The notes beneath the pieces are model-generated. The model saw nothing but the letters and a program-made list of their open reading frames with translations, searched no databases and was not told the DNA's origin. From assembly GCA_963803435.1 (NCBI GenBank), contig CAWDML010000008.1, forward strand, positions 448,001 to 512,000: a stretch of DNA of 64,000 bases, read 5' to 3'. Each line of letters begins with the position of its first letter. Position 1 is the first letter of the stretch. Below are positions 38,375 to 49,550 of this stretch, one piece after another. Source of the stretch: an uncultured delta proteobacterium (GTDB lineage Bacteria; Myxococcota; Kuafuiibacteriia; Kuafuiibacteriales; Kuafuiibacteriaceae). The translations under genes and the position numbers were made by a program.

Positions 38375-39721
38375 TCAGGGCGCCGGTAGGGTGAGCCGTT
38401 CGTGTCCTTCCGATCGGATCGTGATGGTCCGCGCGAGCCGTACGGCGAGTGTCGCAGGATCGATCAACGTCACTCGATGCACGCCTGCGGGCAGCCGGGC
38501 CTCGAACAACGGGGTTGGGCCCATGTCTTTGCCGTCGATCTGCACCAAGGCAAACGGATGGGCCCCGACGGTGAGGTAGCCGAACCGCGGCGCGACGACC
38601 ACTGCCGATGACCTTCGCAGTGGCTCCGCGGGACGAGGCGCCAAGGGCGGCGGGGGGCGGGGCACCTCGGGGACCGACGGATCCGCCAGGGTGATCGCGA
38701 GGAGCAGGCCCAGCGCCGCACCGATCATCGCGGACAACGCGATCCAGCTCTGTCGGACTCGGTGCGGCGGGCGGTGGGCCGGTCGTCGCGGTGCGCGACG
38801 CAGCAGCTCGGCCAGCCGCCGGCGCTGCTGCGCCCGCGCCTCGGCCAGCTCGTGAATGACCAGCTCCTCGAGCGTCTCACCCTCGAGCGTCCGGACGGCC
38901 CCCTCGAGGTCCAGCGCCATCGCGTGCGCGTCGGGGTAGCGTGCGCTCGGGTCGCGCGACAGACCGCGGAGCGCGATCCGGTCGAGCGCCTCCGGCACGC
39001 CCGGGACGATCGAGGAGGGTGTGCGCGGAGATCGATCGAGCAGCGCGACCACCTCGGCGAGCTCGAGGTCGCCGCGAAGACGCCGTCCCGTGAGCAGCTC
39101 GAAGAGGACGTTGGCGAGGCCCCAGACGTCGGTCCTCCCGTCGACCGGCTCTCCTCCGATCTGCTCGGGCGCCATGTACGCGATCTTTCCTCGGAGCCGA
39201 CCGATCGCAGTGGTGGGCGCAGTCCGATCGCGCATGAGCGCGATCCCGAAGTCGAGGATCTTCACGTGACCCTGGAAGGTCACCATCAAGTTCGAGGGGC
39301 TGACGTCGCGGTGCACGACCTGGAGCGGGTGGCCCTCGGCGTCGGCGAGGGTGTGCGCCGCATGGAGACCGCGGCAGGCCTGCGCCACGATCTCCGCAGC
39401 GACCCTGGGCGGCAGGGGACCGCGCTCGGCGAGCCAGGATTCCACCGAGACACCCTGAACGTACTCCATCGCCAGGAAGAGGACCCCGTCATCGTCGCCG
39501 AAGTCGTGCACGCGCACGACGGTCGGGTGCTCGATCCGCGCGATCAGACGAGCCTCGTCGAGGAAGAGTCGTCGGACCTCGTCGCGATCCTGGAGCTCGG
39601 GCCGGATCATCTTGACGGCCAAGAGCTGCGTGAACTCCGGCCTTCCGGTCCGGGCGAGCAGCACGGAGCCCATTCCTCCGGCGCCGAGCGGGCCGAGGAT
39701 CTCGAGCTCGCCGCGTCTCAG
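38375..39721 (-). CDS. Ser/Thr protein kinase with TM segment and PEGA-like C-terminus
   Basis: LGAGGMGSV, AVK, VHRDVSPSN, KILDFG and YMAPEQ. Start uncertain (CTG overlapping the upstream TGA). Confidence 0.9.
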   Translation of the reverse strand: MRRGELEILGPLGAGGMGSVLLARTGRPEFTQLLAVKMIRPELQDRDEVRRLFLDEARLIARIEHPTVVRVHDFGDDDGVLFLAMEYVQGVSVESWLAERGPLPPRVAAEIVAQACRGLHAAHTLADAEGHPLQVVHRDVSPSNLMVTFQGHVKILDFGIALMRDRTAPTTAIGRLRGKIAYMAPEQIGGEPVDGRTDVWGLANVLFELLTGRRLRGDLELAEVVALLDRSPRTPSSIVPGVPEALDRIALRGLSRDPSARYPDAHAMALDLEGAVRTLEGETLEELVIHELAEARAQQRRRLAELLRRAPRRPAHRPPHRVRQSWIALSAMIGAALGLLLAITLADPSVPEVPRPPPPLAPRPAEPLRRSSAVVVAPRFGYLTVGAHPFALVQIDGKDMGPTPLFEARLPAGVHRVTLIDPATLAVRLARTITIRSEGHERLTLPAP

Positions 39722-42351
39722 TGGGGGCTCGGCGGGAACCGGAGGAGGATGATCACGGACTCGGCCGCACGGACGGAGATCCCGTCGGGCGAGCGGAAGC
39801 CGTTCTGGTACCGCACGGGCGCGTCGGCACGCCGGAGATCGACGGCACCGGCCACGTGGTGATAGCCGTTCACGTCCTCGCTGGTGCGCGTGATCTTGTG
39901 CGAGGTCGCGAGCAGGGTCTCGCCGCCGGCGCGAAGCTCTCCCGAACGCCGCGCGTCGGCGGAGGAGATGCCGGAGATCCGCACGCTCTGGATCGAGAGG
40001 TAGTCGCGGGCGTCGGGCGGCGCCTCGCTCTCGAGCTCGGCTTTGGGCTGAAAGATGGTCGAGGTGGTGGTCTCGGCGCCGAGCGACTCGGCGTATTGGG
40101 TGGCCTCGAAGGCGTCGGCGCGGAAGGCCATGATCTTGCGGAACGCCCAGCCGCTGGGCGCCCCGGCGCGGATGCTCTCGACGTCGGCGAACGTGACCCC
40201 CGGCTCCGGGAAGACGAAGCTGCGGATCCGCAGCCAGTCGTAGGTGATCTCGCTCCCCTGCGTCTCGTTGGCGAGCCGGGGCTGGAGGCGTCCGACGGGG
40301 AGGTCGGTGTCGTGGCTGGCGATCAGGGTGTCGTCCTGGGCGAAATGAACCGCCGCGCCGCTCTCCCGAGCGATCCGCCACACGTGGAAGCTGGTGGGCG
40401 TGTCCGCGGTGAAGTGCGTGAGGACGCCGTTCGTCTCGGCGTGATGATCGGAGTCGTCGGAGAACCAGGACATGGTGCCGCCCTGACCCGAACCGCCGAG
40501 CCAGGTCATTCGGTTGCCCACGGGCGTGCTCAGCCGGCTCCGTACCTCCCAGATCGTGTTCTCGAGATACCCGCCGAGCTGCCGCACGCGAACGCCGGGT
40601 CCGACCGTCAGCTCGCCGCCGTTCAACTCGGCGGTGCCGTTCTCGACGGTCCAGTCGTTCGGATCGAGCTGGGCGGCGTCGAAGCCGTCGAAGAAGAGGA
40701 ACACGAGCGCCGGATCCTCGGGCGGCGGTCCCGCGTCCGGATTGCCGAAGTACAGGTGGTAGACGTCGGAGCTGTCGAGGTCGAGCTGGTTGACCGTCGA
40801 GAACCAGATGGTCGTGTCGGGCTGGTTCCATGAGGAGTCCGGATCGAGGATGCGGTCGAGCTCGGTGCCGTCGAAGACCACGCGGACGTCGCTGCCGTCG
40901 GCGTTCGACATGCCGGCGGCCACCATCGCCGCGTGATCGAACGTCACCGGGATCGAATAGCCCGCCGGCGACACGGTCCCCGTGGAGGCGACGGTGATCG
41001 GGCGGCGGTGATCCCAAGCCAGGTCCCACCAGTTGGTGGTGGTGCCGACGCCGCTCGAGCCACCGCGCAGCGTGAAGGCGTGGGGCCGAACGTCGAGGTT
41101 CTGCTCGAAGGCGACGAACATGGGCGCCCAGTTGGCCCTGCCGTTGGAGAAGCCGCTCCCGTTGCGATCGTTGGGATGGCGGGCCCCGGTCTCGTCCTGA
41201 AGGTAGGCGCGCGCCGTGTCGACGCCGGGGAGCTCGGTCTGACTGAGCTCGGCAAAGACGAAGTAGTCGCCAGCGAAGGACGGCGTGAAGGCGAGCGTGC
41301 CCAGATCGAGCCGGTCCCCCGTCAGCTCGGTGACGTCGTCGTCCTCGAAGAACTGGAAGTCTGCGGACGCAGGGACCCGCGCGGCCACGACGCGGAGATC
41401 GTCGGCCTCGGTCGTGCCGAGCTCGGCGCGGAACTCGAGCGCGACCTGAATGGGCGAGTCCTTGCTGTCCACGCGATCGAACGTGATGAAGCCGGCCCAG
41501 TTGTTCGTGGTGCCCATGGTCTGGTGACCGAACATGGTCGATTCCACGCCGTCGATCGTCAGCCGCATCTCGGCGGTGATCTCGGTCGGGTCGGTCGAGC
41601 GGAGCTTGCCGCTGGCGAAGACGGCCCATGTCTCCATCGGTCGGTTCGGCGTGAAGACCAGCGTGGTGCCGGGGATGATGACCCAATCGGCGGACGTGGT
41701 GGTCTGGGTCTCGAGCTGCTCGATCTCGAAGGTGTGGTTGATCTCGCCCTCGATCACGCAGCGATCGCTGCAGCCGTCCCCGCTGATCGCGTTGTTGTCG
41801 TCGCACATCTCGCCGGGCTCGACGCGACCATTGCCGCACTTGGTGCACAGGCTGCCGTTCGCGCACTGCCAGCCGGGCTCGATGGCGCAGGTCGGGGAGC
41901 AGCCGTCGCCGGCGGTCTGGTTTCCGTCGTCGCACTGTTCGGTGCCGCCGACGAAGTTGCCGTCGCCGCAGACCACCGGCGTCCCCAGGACGACGCGCAC
42001 CGGCGCGAGCTCACCGGCCACGATCGTGACGTCGACACGCCCCGAGCCGAGGATCTTGCCGTCGGGGTCGAGCCCGTCGGCACGGAGCGAGAGTGGCCCC
42101 GGCGTCTCGACGCCGACCACCACCTCGAACTCGCGAATGCCCGGCGGGTCGACGGAGAGCGGTACCGGGAACGTGGCCTTGTCGAGCGTGGTCCCGTCGG
42201 CGAACTGCCCGAAGACGTCGAGCGTGCGAAGGTCGAGGAGCGACTCGTACTCGATCGTCAACCGCACGCCCGTGCCGGCGTAGTTCGAAGAATCGCCGGA
42301 GCCGCTGCACGCTCCGATCAAGAGGAGGAGGATCGGCCAGAGACGCCGCAC
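39718..42351 (-). CDS. Large lipoprotein with myxobacterial Cys-rich repeats and DUF2341-like domain
   Basis: Lipobox LIGAC; CGDG...EQCDDGN...GDGCS repeats; WW..AW.HRRPI...DGSDVRV...YHLYFGNP...FLFFDGF. Confidence 0.8.
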   Translation of the reverse strand: MRRLWPILLLLIGACSGSGDSSNYAGTGVRLTIEYESLLDLRTLDVFGQFADGTTLDKATFPVPLSVDPPGIREFEVVVGVETPGPLSLRADGLDPDGKILGSGRVDVTIVAGELAPVRVVLGTPVVCGDGNFVGGTEQCDDGNQTAGDGCSPTCAIEPGWQCANGSLCTKCGNGRVEPGEMCDDNNAISGDGCSDRCVIEGEINHTFEIEQLETQTTTSADWVIIPGTTLVFTPNRPMETWAVFASGKLRSTDPTEITAEMRLTIDGVESTMFGHQTMGTTNNWAGFITFDRVDSKDSPIQVALEFRAELGTTEADDLRVVAARVPASADFQFFEDDDVTELTGDRLDLGTLAFTPSFAGDYFVFAELSQTELPGVDTARAYLQDETGARHPNDRNGSGFSNGRANWAPMFVAFEQNLDVRPHAFTLRGGSSGVGTTTNWWDLAWDHRRPITVASTGTVSPAGYSIPVTFDHAAMVAAGMSNADGSDVRVVFDGTELDRILDPDSSWNQPDTTIWFSTVNQLDLDSSDVYHLYFGNPDAGPPPEDPALVFLFFDGFDAAQLDPNDWTVENGTAELNGGELTVGPGVRVRQLGGYLENTIWEVRSRLSTPVGNRMTWLGGSGQGGTMSWFSDDSDHHAETNGVLTHFTADTPTSFHVWRIARESGAAVHFAQDDTLIASHDTDLPVGRLQPRLANETQGSEITYDWLRIRSFVFPEPGVTFADVESIRAGAPSGWAFRKIMAFRADAFEATQYAESLGAETTTSTIFQPKAELESEAPPDARDYLSIQSVRISGISSADARRSGELRAGGETLLATSHKITRTSEDVNGYHHVAGAVDLRRADAPVRYQNGFRSPDGISVRAAESVIILLRFPPSPH

Positions 42352-42406
42352 GGTCGCCAACGATACACCCAGCGACCCGGACGCGGCACCGGGCAGACGT
42401 CGCGCT

Positions 42407-43087
42407 CTAGAGTAGATCCACCCACGCGCTCTTCGCGAATACGATCTCGCGGAGCCATGAAAGGCGCCTTGCACGCGCGAGCGCACGCCACTTCGGCCAG
42501 ACGGTCGCGTGTGCGCGAGCGAGCGTGTTCTCGAAGATCTCGCGATCGCCCGGGTTCGTCAGGATCGCCTCGGCCTGGGCGCGCTCGTCCCGCGCGAGCG
42601 GCGCAGCCGGCGGCAGGCGCACGCCCTGGCCCGAGATCCCGAGGGCGATCGCCTCCTCGATGACGTGCGGGAGCGGCGGCAGCCCGAGGAAGCGCAGACG
42701 CGCGTGGACACATTCGTGTCTGCGGATCGGTTCGAGATCGGCGAACCGATCGAGAACGGCGGCGGCCTGGAGCCAGATCGTGTCGCCGGCCAGCGCAGCC
42801 GCCTCGAACCGCGCGCGTCCGGTGCGCGCCACGAACTCGTCGATCGTCGACGCCTGGCGCACGCGGATCCGCCAGACACCGGGGCCCGCTCGTGCGAAGC
42901 CCTCGCTCCCGCCTCCGCTCGCAGGGCTCGCTGCGCGCTTCGCTTGCCGGCCGGGGCCCGGGAGCTCTCGCGCCACCGCCTCGCAGGCGGCGCGCCACGG
43001 CTCGCGCAGGGCGTCGCCGGCGTCCACGTCAATCTCGGGTGAAGACGTGAACGGGCTCGCGAGCACCAGCAGGAGGAGCGGCGTCAC
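42407..43087 (-). CDS. Exported hypothetical protein with HExxH-like motif (last gene of A2M operon)
   Basis: Signal-like N-terminus, RHECVH...EEAIA, coupled to the upstream gene. Confidence 0.65.
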   Translation of the reverse strand: MTPLLLLVLASPFTSSPEIDVDAGDALREPWRAACEAVARELPGPGRQAKRAASPASGGGSEGFARAGPGVWRIRVRQASTIDEFVARTGRARFEAAALAGDTIWLQAAAVLDRFADLEPIRRHECVHARLRFLGLPPLPHVIEEAIALGISGQGVRLPPAAPLARDERAQAEAILTNPGDREIFENTLARAHATVWPKWRALARARRLSWLREIVFAKSAWVDLL

Positions 43088-44136
43088 TCGGCGCGGACCT
43101 CCAGGCTCGGGAAGTAGGCGTGCAGGATCTCCTCCGCGGTGGCGCCCCGCCGCGCGCGCTCGATCGCGCCCATCTGGCAGAGCCCCACGCCGTGGCCCAG
43201 ACCGCGGCCCCGCAGCCGGAAGGTGTCGCCGGCGCGATCGGCGACGAAGCTCGCCGACTTCACGCGGCCAAAGCCGAGCGTTCGTCCCAGCGTCAAATGG
43301 ACACGCTCGGCGAGGACCGTGAACGGGCCGCTTCGATCCTGGATCGTGAACGTGTCGCCGTTCGCCGAGAGGGCGAGCTCGAGCGAGGGCGCGTGGAGCG
43401 GGCGGCCCGCGAGCGGCTCGAGCGCGCGCGCCAGCGTCTGCTCGCCGAGCTCGGAGATCCAGCGGGCGTGCGGGCTCTTTCGGCAGTACGGCTGCCCCGC
43501 CGGATCCAGATCGGAGACGCCGGGGAGCGCGGTGCCGCGGAGATCGGGCCAGACCTCGCGGGCGTCGCGGGTGCGGCCGCCGCAGGTGCTGTGGAAGAAG
43601 ACCGGGGCCGGCCCGCCGCCGAGTGCGAGAATCCGGCCGGCCGTCGCGGCGAGCGAGGCGTCGAGCTGCGCCGAGCGGAGGACCTGACAGTGCGTGAGAT
43701 CGCAGAGATCGGCGTCCTCGTGCCGCGGCGCTCTCCGGGCGACCTGCGCGAACGTGCGGACCACGATGGCCAGCGCTCGCTTGGCCTCCTCCGGCGCGCC
43801 CGGCATCTCGGCGTCGACGACGCCGGCGACGTATCGCTCGATCTCGATCCGGGAGACCACCCGGAGCGCGCCGGCGTCGAGCGTGACCCGCAGCGACTCA
43901 CCGTAGGTTCGCACCGGGAGCGAGGGCGCTCGAATCCGCGCACCGCCGGGGCAGCTCAGCTCGATCTCCGGCTCGGTGAGGCAGCGCCTCTTTCCATCGC
44001 AGGCCTCGACGCCCTCCGGAGTTGCGCGGAGCGAGGCGATGCTCAGGCCCTTCAGCGTGCACTCCTCGACGGTCAGGCGATCGGGATGCTGCTTCGAGAG
44101 CACCACCACCGTCACCATCATCGCGGCCGCGCTCAC
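43084..44136 (-). CDS. SpoIID/LytB domain protein
   Basis: ERYVAGVV.AEM, DLCDLTHCQV, FHSTCGG.T, GRGLGHGVGLCQ.GA and EEIL..YFP motifs. Confidence 0.92.
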   Translation of the reverse strand: MSAAAMMVTVVVLSKQHPDRLTVEECTLKGLSIASLRATPEGVEACDGKRRCLTEPEIELSCPGGARIRAPSLPVRTYGESLRVTLDAGALRVVSRIEIERYVAGVVDAEMPGAPEEAKRALAIVVRTFAQVARRAPRHEDADLCDLTHCQVLRSAQLDASLAATAGRILALGGGPAPVFFHSTCGGRTRDAREVWPDLRGTALPGVSDLDPAGQPYCRKSPHARWISELGEQTLARALEPLAGRPLHAPSLELALSANGDTFTIQDRSGPFTVLAERVHLTLGRTLGFGRVKSASFVADRAGDTFRLRGRGLGHGVGLCQMGAIERARRGATAEEILHAYFPSLEVRAE

Positions 44137-44966
44137 CGCGACAGCTCCGCGACCAGGGCCGCGGCGACCGGCCCGGCGTCGACCGCGCCGCGCCCCTCGT
44201 TCACCACCACCACGAAGGCGAAGCGGGGCCGCGACGCGGGGAAGAAGCCCACGACCAGCCCGCGCGTGCCCCGGCTCCCTTCCTTCTTGGCCGTTCCGGT
44301 CTTGGCGGCCACATCCTTGCTGGGAAACACGCCGGCCAGGGTGCCGCCGGCGACCGCCTCCCTCATGCCCTCCGCGATCTGATCGAGCGCTCGCGGATCG
44401 AGCTCGGTTCCGCGCCCACGTGTGGCGATGATCGCGACCGCGTCGAGGAGCGAGAGCGGCGTGACCCGCAGGGCGAGGTGGTCGCCGACCGCCACGTCGG
44501 GGAGATCGCGCGCCGGGATCTCGCCGGGCAGCAGATCGCGCACGCGTCCCGGGCGCGGCTCGCCGAAGCCGAACGCGCGGTAGATCGAGAGGAGCCGCTG
44601 GTCGTCGAGATACTGAGCGTTCTCATAGAACCAGACGTTGCACGACTCGGCGATCGCGGTGCGCAGCTTCATCGGACCGTGGCCCGCGCGAATCCAGCAG
44701 CGCCGCTCCTGGCCGAGGGCGTCGACGTGCTTGCCGCGGCACTCGTAGACCGAGTCGGCTCGGCCGGCCTCGATCAGCGCGTAGGCGGTGAAGGCCTTCA
44801 TGACCGAGCCCGGCATGATCCGCTGGTGGCGGACCTCGCCCCGCTCGAGGACGATCCGCTGATCCGAGAGCGACATGACCACCGCCGCGTCGCCCTCGGC
44901 GAGGGTCGGAGCCGCGCGGGCGCTTCCGGCCGCCAGCAGCGCGGCGATGAGGAGCGGCGTCTTCAC
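44133..44966 (-). CDS. Stand-alone penicillin-binding transpeptidase-domain protein
   Basis: SxxK (PGSVMK), SxN (ESCN) and KTG (KTGT) motifs. Confidence 0.88.
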   Translation of the reverse strand: MKTPLLIAALLAAGSARAAPTLAEGDAAVVMSLSDQRIVLERGEVRHQRIMPGSVMKAFTAYALIEAGRADSVYECRGKHVDALGQERRCWIRAGHGPMKLRTAIAESCNVWFYENAQYLDDQRLLSIYRAFGFGEPRPGRVRDLLPGEIPARDLPDVAVGDHLALRVTPLSLLDAVAIIATRGRGTELDPRALDQIAEGMREAVAGGTLAGVFPSKDVAAKTGTAKKEGSRGTRGLVVGFFPASRPRFAFVVVVNEGRGAVDAGPVAAALVAELSR

Positions 44967-47900
44967 TTTCTCCCGTCGATCCGCACCACGGTGGACGACG
45001 AGCGGGCGTGGTGCTTCACCGGCAGATACATCGCCTCGATCGTCGCGGGAGGCGTGCGGTACGCACCGGCCAGCGTGGCGCGGGCCAGGTAGAACAGCTG
45101 CGTGCGTCCCTTCTTCAGATCGGTGACGAAGAATGCCGTGCGCTCATCGCCGTGCTCGCGGTGGACGCCCTTCGGCTCCAGGACCACGCCCTCGATCTGC
45201 TGCCCGGCATCGCGCTCGATCGGCTCGATCCCGGCGGGCCGCGGGTCCTCGATCAACGCGTGGGAGAGCGCGCGATCGCTGGTGACCTCGAGCCGCACCA
45301 GGATCGGGGTGCCCTCGGTGAAGCGCTCGACCGAAGGCCCGACCTGGTAGGCCCCGGTGGATCCGGTCAGGTGGAGGTAGCTGCGGCGGATCGAGAGACC
45401 GGCCGTGGCCACCGGTGCGAACACGTCCCGTCGCTCGAGCCCCGAGATCGCCACCGAGTGGAAGATCGCGGCGCCGCCCTTCTGCTCGATCTCGACCGTG
45501 CTCTTGCCGGTGAGCTTCGCGGCAGGCGTGAGGATCTTCGCCTCGGCGAGCGCGTCCACCCTCTCTTTCGCCACCTCGGTGCCGTTCACGCGGACGATCA
45601 CCTCCGCCGGCTGAGCGGTCGCCTGCTCCGCCGACTCTGCGAGCGCGCGCACTGCGATCGCGGTCTGACGGGTGCTGCCGAAGCGGCCCTCTTCGTACTG
45701 CTCCATCAGCCAGGCCTCGGCGGCGGCGATGTCGGCGGCGCCGGCGCCGAGCGCGATCAGGGCACGCAGCGCCGTACCGGTGCACTCGATCGGGTGATCG
45801 TCGGCGCGATCGTACGCGTCGTCGCACCAGGAGAGCCGGCCCTCCGCATCGCGCCGGGCGTAGCGGGGATCGAGCAGCAGCGTTCGAGCCTCCGCCATGC
45901 CGGCCTGGTCGTGTGCCGCCGCCGCCGCCAGCCCGACGTAGGCGACCGAGATCGGCAGCAGAACCTTCGCCTTGGCCTCCTCGATCAACGCCTTCGTCAT
46001 CGCGGGCTTGGCGACGCCATTCTTGGCCAGGGCGTAGAGCGCGAACGCCCGCACGGCCGGCTCGGGCGGCGTCTTCGAGAGCATGCGCTCGATGGCCGCG
46101 ATCCCGCCGTCGGTCCGGTCGGCCGGAACCGAGGTGCCGAGCGCCTTGGCCTCGGCGAGGCCCTCCATGACCCAGGCCGTCATCCAGAGGTCGGTCTGGT
46201 CGTTCTCCCACCAGCCCCAGCCGCCGTCGTCGTGCTGGAGCGTGCCGAGCCGCGCCAGGCCGGCGCCGATCATCGCCGGGAGATCGGCCGCGGGCTCCGG
46301 GACCGCGATCGAGAGCCGCGCCAGCGCCGCCTTGGTCGTGAGCAGCGGGACGAACCGGCTCATCGTCTGCTCGGTGCAGCCGTACGGGTAGCCGATCAGA
46401 TAGGGGAGGCTGGCGCGCACGGCGGCGATCGTGGAGGGGAACAGCTCGACGCGCAGCCGAGCCTGGGCCGCCGCGACCCCCTCCGGCAGCTCGATCGTGT
46501 GCGTGGCCCGGGTGCCGTCGGTGGTCCGTCCGCTCTCGGACACGATCCGGGGCGTGGCCCAGGGCATCACCGCGACGGTGGCTTGCAACCCGTCTTGCGC
46601 TTCGCCGCCCGATGCCCGCGCGAGGGAGCGCACCTGCCCCGAGCCGGAGGCGCGATAGGTGAACGGGATCCGGACGGTCTCGCCGTCACGGAGCGAGAGG
46701 CCCTTCAGCTTCTCCGGTTCGCCGATCGTCACCTCGATCTTCGCGTCGCCCGAGGCGGTGGAGAGGTCGAGCGCGGAGTCGAAGGCGGCGGCGCTGCCGG
46801 TGAGGTTCTGCACGATCAGCGCGCCGTCCCCGGCGTCGCCCTCGAAGACGCGCGGTGGCATCGACACGCGCACCACCAGCGGCTTTCGCGCGACCACATT
46901 GCCATGACCGCTGCCAACCGCGGTCTCCTTCGTGATCACGCGGGCGGTCGCGCGCCAGGAGGTGAGGTTGTCCGGCAGCTTCAGCTCGACGGTCGCCTTG
47001 CCCGCCGCGTCCGTGATCGCGGACGGGAACCAGCCGGCCGTGTCCTTGAATACCTTGCGATCATCCTCCTGCGGCTTGAGGGAGCCGAAGCGGAAGGGGC
47101 TCTCGCCGCCCGCGTCGGCGTGCTCGGCGAGATCGCGCGAGGTCCCGAAGAAGCGGAAGCTGATGCTGTCCGTGGTCCGCACGTCGTTTCGCTTCCGGTG
47201 ATGGAAGAACGACTCGATCGGTACTGCGATCTCGGGGCTGATGGAGTAAATCGCCTCGTCGACCACGCCCAGCGCTACCTCGGCGCCCGGCGACCGGCTT
47301 GCCCGCCCAGTCGGCGACGTGCACGGTGAAGGATACCTTCTCGCCGGGCTGCGCCTTCGGACGATCGGGCGCGACCTCGATCGAGAGCAGCTTCTCGCGC
47401 GGCGGCACGATCACCGAGCGCTGGCGCGAGTAGAGCTTGCCGCCCAGCACACAGGTCGCGGAGACGAAGAAGTTGGGCGTCTGCTTCTCGCCGATCTTCA
47501 CCCGGACGATCGCCGCGTGCTGCGTGGGTCTCGAGGACCTCGATCCGATAGAGGTCGCCGCCCTCGACGCCGAAGAGGACGTGCGCCGTGGGGGAGGGCG
47601 CCAGGATCAGCACGGTGGCCGTGTCACCCGCGAAGTAGCTCCGCCGGTCGGTGACCAGCTCGAGGTCGGTCGGTCCGTACGGGATCCCGGCGCCACCCTC
47701 TGCGGCGAACAGGAAGCCCTCGGCGGTGATCGCCTGGCCACGGTCGTCCTTGGCCTCGGCGAGCACGCGGTAGTAGCCGCTCTGCCCCGGCTCGAGCTCG
47801 ATGCGGGCGACGCCGTCCTTCTCGGTGCGGAACGACTGATCGAGCACCTCGACCGTCTCGGGCATGCCGTCCTTCCCCACCCGCTCCGCCTGCACGCGCA

Positions 47901-49550
47901 CGCGTACCTCGGTGGTCACGGGCTGTCCGGAGTAGTCGAGCGCGCGGACCTCGAGCTCCTGGGAGTCACCCGGCTCGACGACCAGCTTCTTCTGATCGAT
48001 CTCGAGCCGGAATGCGCCGCGGGTCACGGTCGCCTGCGCCGTGCCGATGATGGTCTTGCCGGTCGGAATCCTGTGCGACCGCCTCGATCACGTACGTGAA
48101 GTCTTCGCTGCCGGCGAGCGTGGTGAACGCGAAGGGACACTCGCCGCGTGCATCGAGCGTGCACGTCTGCTCCTCGATGGTCTCACGGGCCGTGTTTCGG
48201 TACTCGGCTTCGGAGTAGTACCAGGAGTAGTCGGCGTCCACGTACCAGGGCACATAGAAGCGCGTGCGGGTGACGCTTATCTTCACCTCGGCGCCGGGGT
48301 AGGGCGCGCCGAAGAAGTACTCGCCGACCACGTCGCCCTCGATGCGCTCACCGGAGCGAACGGCGCTCTTGTCGAGCCGCAGCGAGAGCCGTACCTCGGG
48401 CTTCACGAAGGCGAGCATCTTGAACTCGCCGCGGTGCCGCTGTCCGGCGATGGTGGCGTAGACGGTCCAGGTCCCGAACGCAGGATCCGTGGGCAGCACC
48501 ACCTCGGCGTCGAAGCTGCCGCGATCGGAGAGCGTGGTCTCGATCGTCTGGTACGTGTCGCCCTTGGGATCGACGATCTCGATCTGTCACCGGACCGCTC
48601 TTCGGGAGCACGAAGGTCTCGCCGGAGATCTCGCGGCGAAGCCCTTGATGTACGCCGTCTGCCCGGGACGATAGACGGGCCGCTCCGTGAACACGTAGAC
48701 CCGCGGCGCGTCGAGGTTGGCGGGGAAGAAGCGCGGGTCCAGCAGCGTGAAGCTCCTGCCGCTCCGGCCGTAGATCACCGGGCTCGACTCGAGGCCGAGA
48801 TCGAAGCGGGCCACGCCGCCCTGATCGGTCGTCGCCTCGCCCTTCTGCTCGCCCCGGACCTTGACGGTGATCTGCGGTGTCGGGTCGCGGATCACCGCTG
48901 GCCGGATCGACCGCCCACACCACGAGCTGCGTGGACGACTGCTTGGTCACCAGCGCCACATCCGTGACGAGCAGAGCGGTGTGTGCGATCTGTCCGCCGG
49001 CGGTCGCCTCGACCAGGTATGCGCCCGGCTCGGCGGCCGGAATCGGGATCTCGGTGTACGTCCAGGTGTCGCTGCTCGGGAATGCGATCTCCCACAGGTC
49101 GAGCAGTTCGTGGTCGTCGAGGATCGGGACGACGCGCTCCAGCGGGACCGACTCGCCGCCGGCGAGCGCCGATTCGTGCATCCGCGGGAGCGCGCCCTTG
49201 AGCGCGTCGCGGCCGCTCTGAGCGAACTGCTTCCGCGTCTCGTCGAGGAGGCTTCGGAGCCCGCTTCGCGCCCCCCGTGACAACAGCGAGAACACCGAGC
49301 GGCGCGGGGCGCCGGTCTCCTCCCTCGGTCGATGCAGGTCCGCCTGCGCATCGAAGTATTTGGCGGGATCGTCGATGCGGTAGAGGCGCACCTGCAGCCG
49401 CTCGACATCCTTGATCTCGAGCTTGACCGAGGCCTGCTGGCCCGGGGCGAACACGCGATCGGTCGAGAGGTAGAAGCGGGGTCCTCCGCCCTCCTGTGCG
49501 ATTGCGGTGGAGGAGAGGAGCAGGAGCAAGAGCACGAAGATGGTTCTCAT
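44963..49550 (-). CDS. Bacterial alpha-2-macroglobulin (YfaS/MagD-like), split by ~5 frameshifts
   Basis: Consecutive fragments: [49 protein letters not shown] (thioester CxEQ), [11 protein letters not shown]. Confidence 0.9.

Noticed and set aside
39722-41935. N-terminal ~740 aa of the 1186-aa kinase ORF as a fusion
   Set aside because: Out-of-frame overlap with the DUF2341-like gene, giving an Arg/Pro-rich non-protein-like translation.
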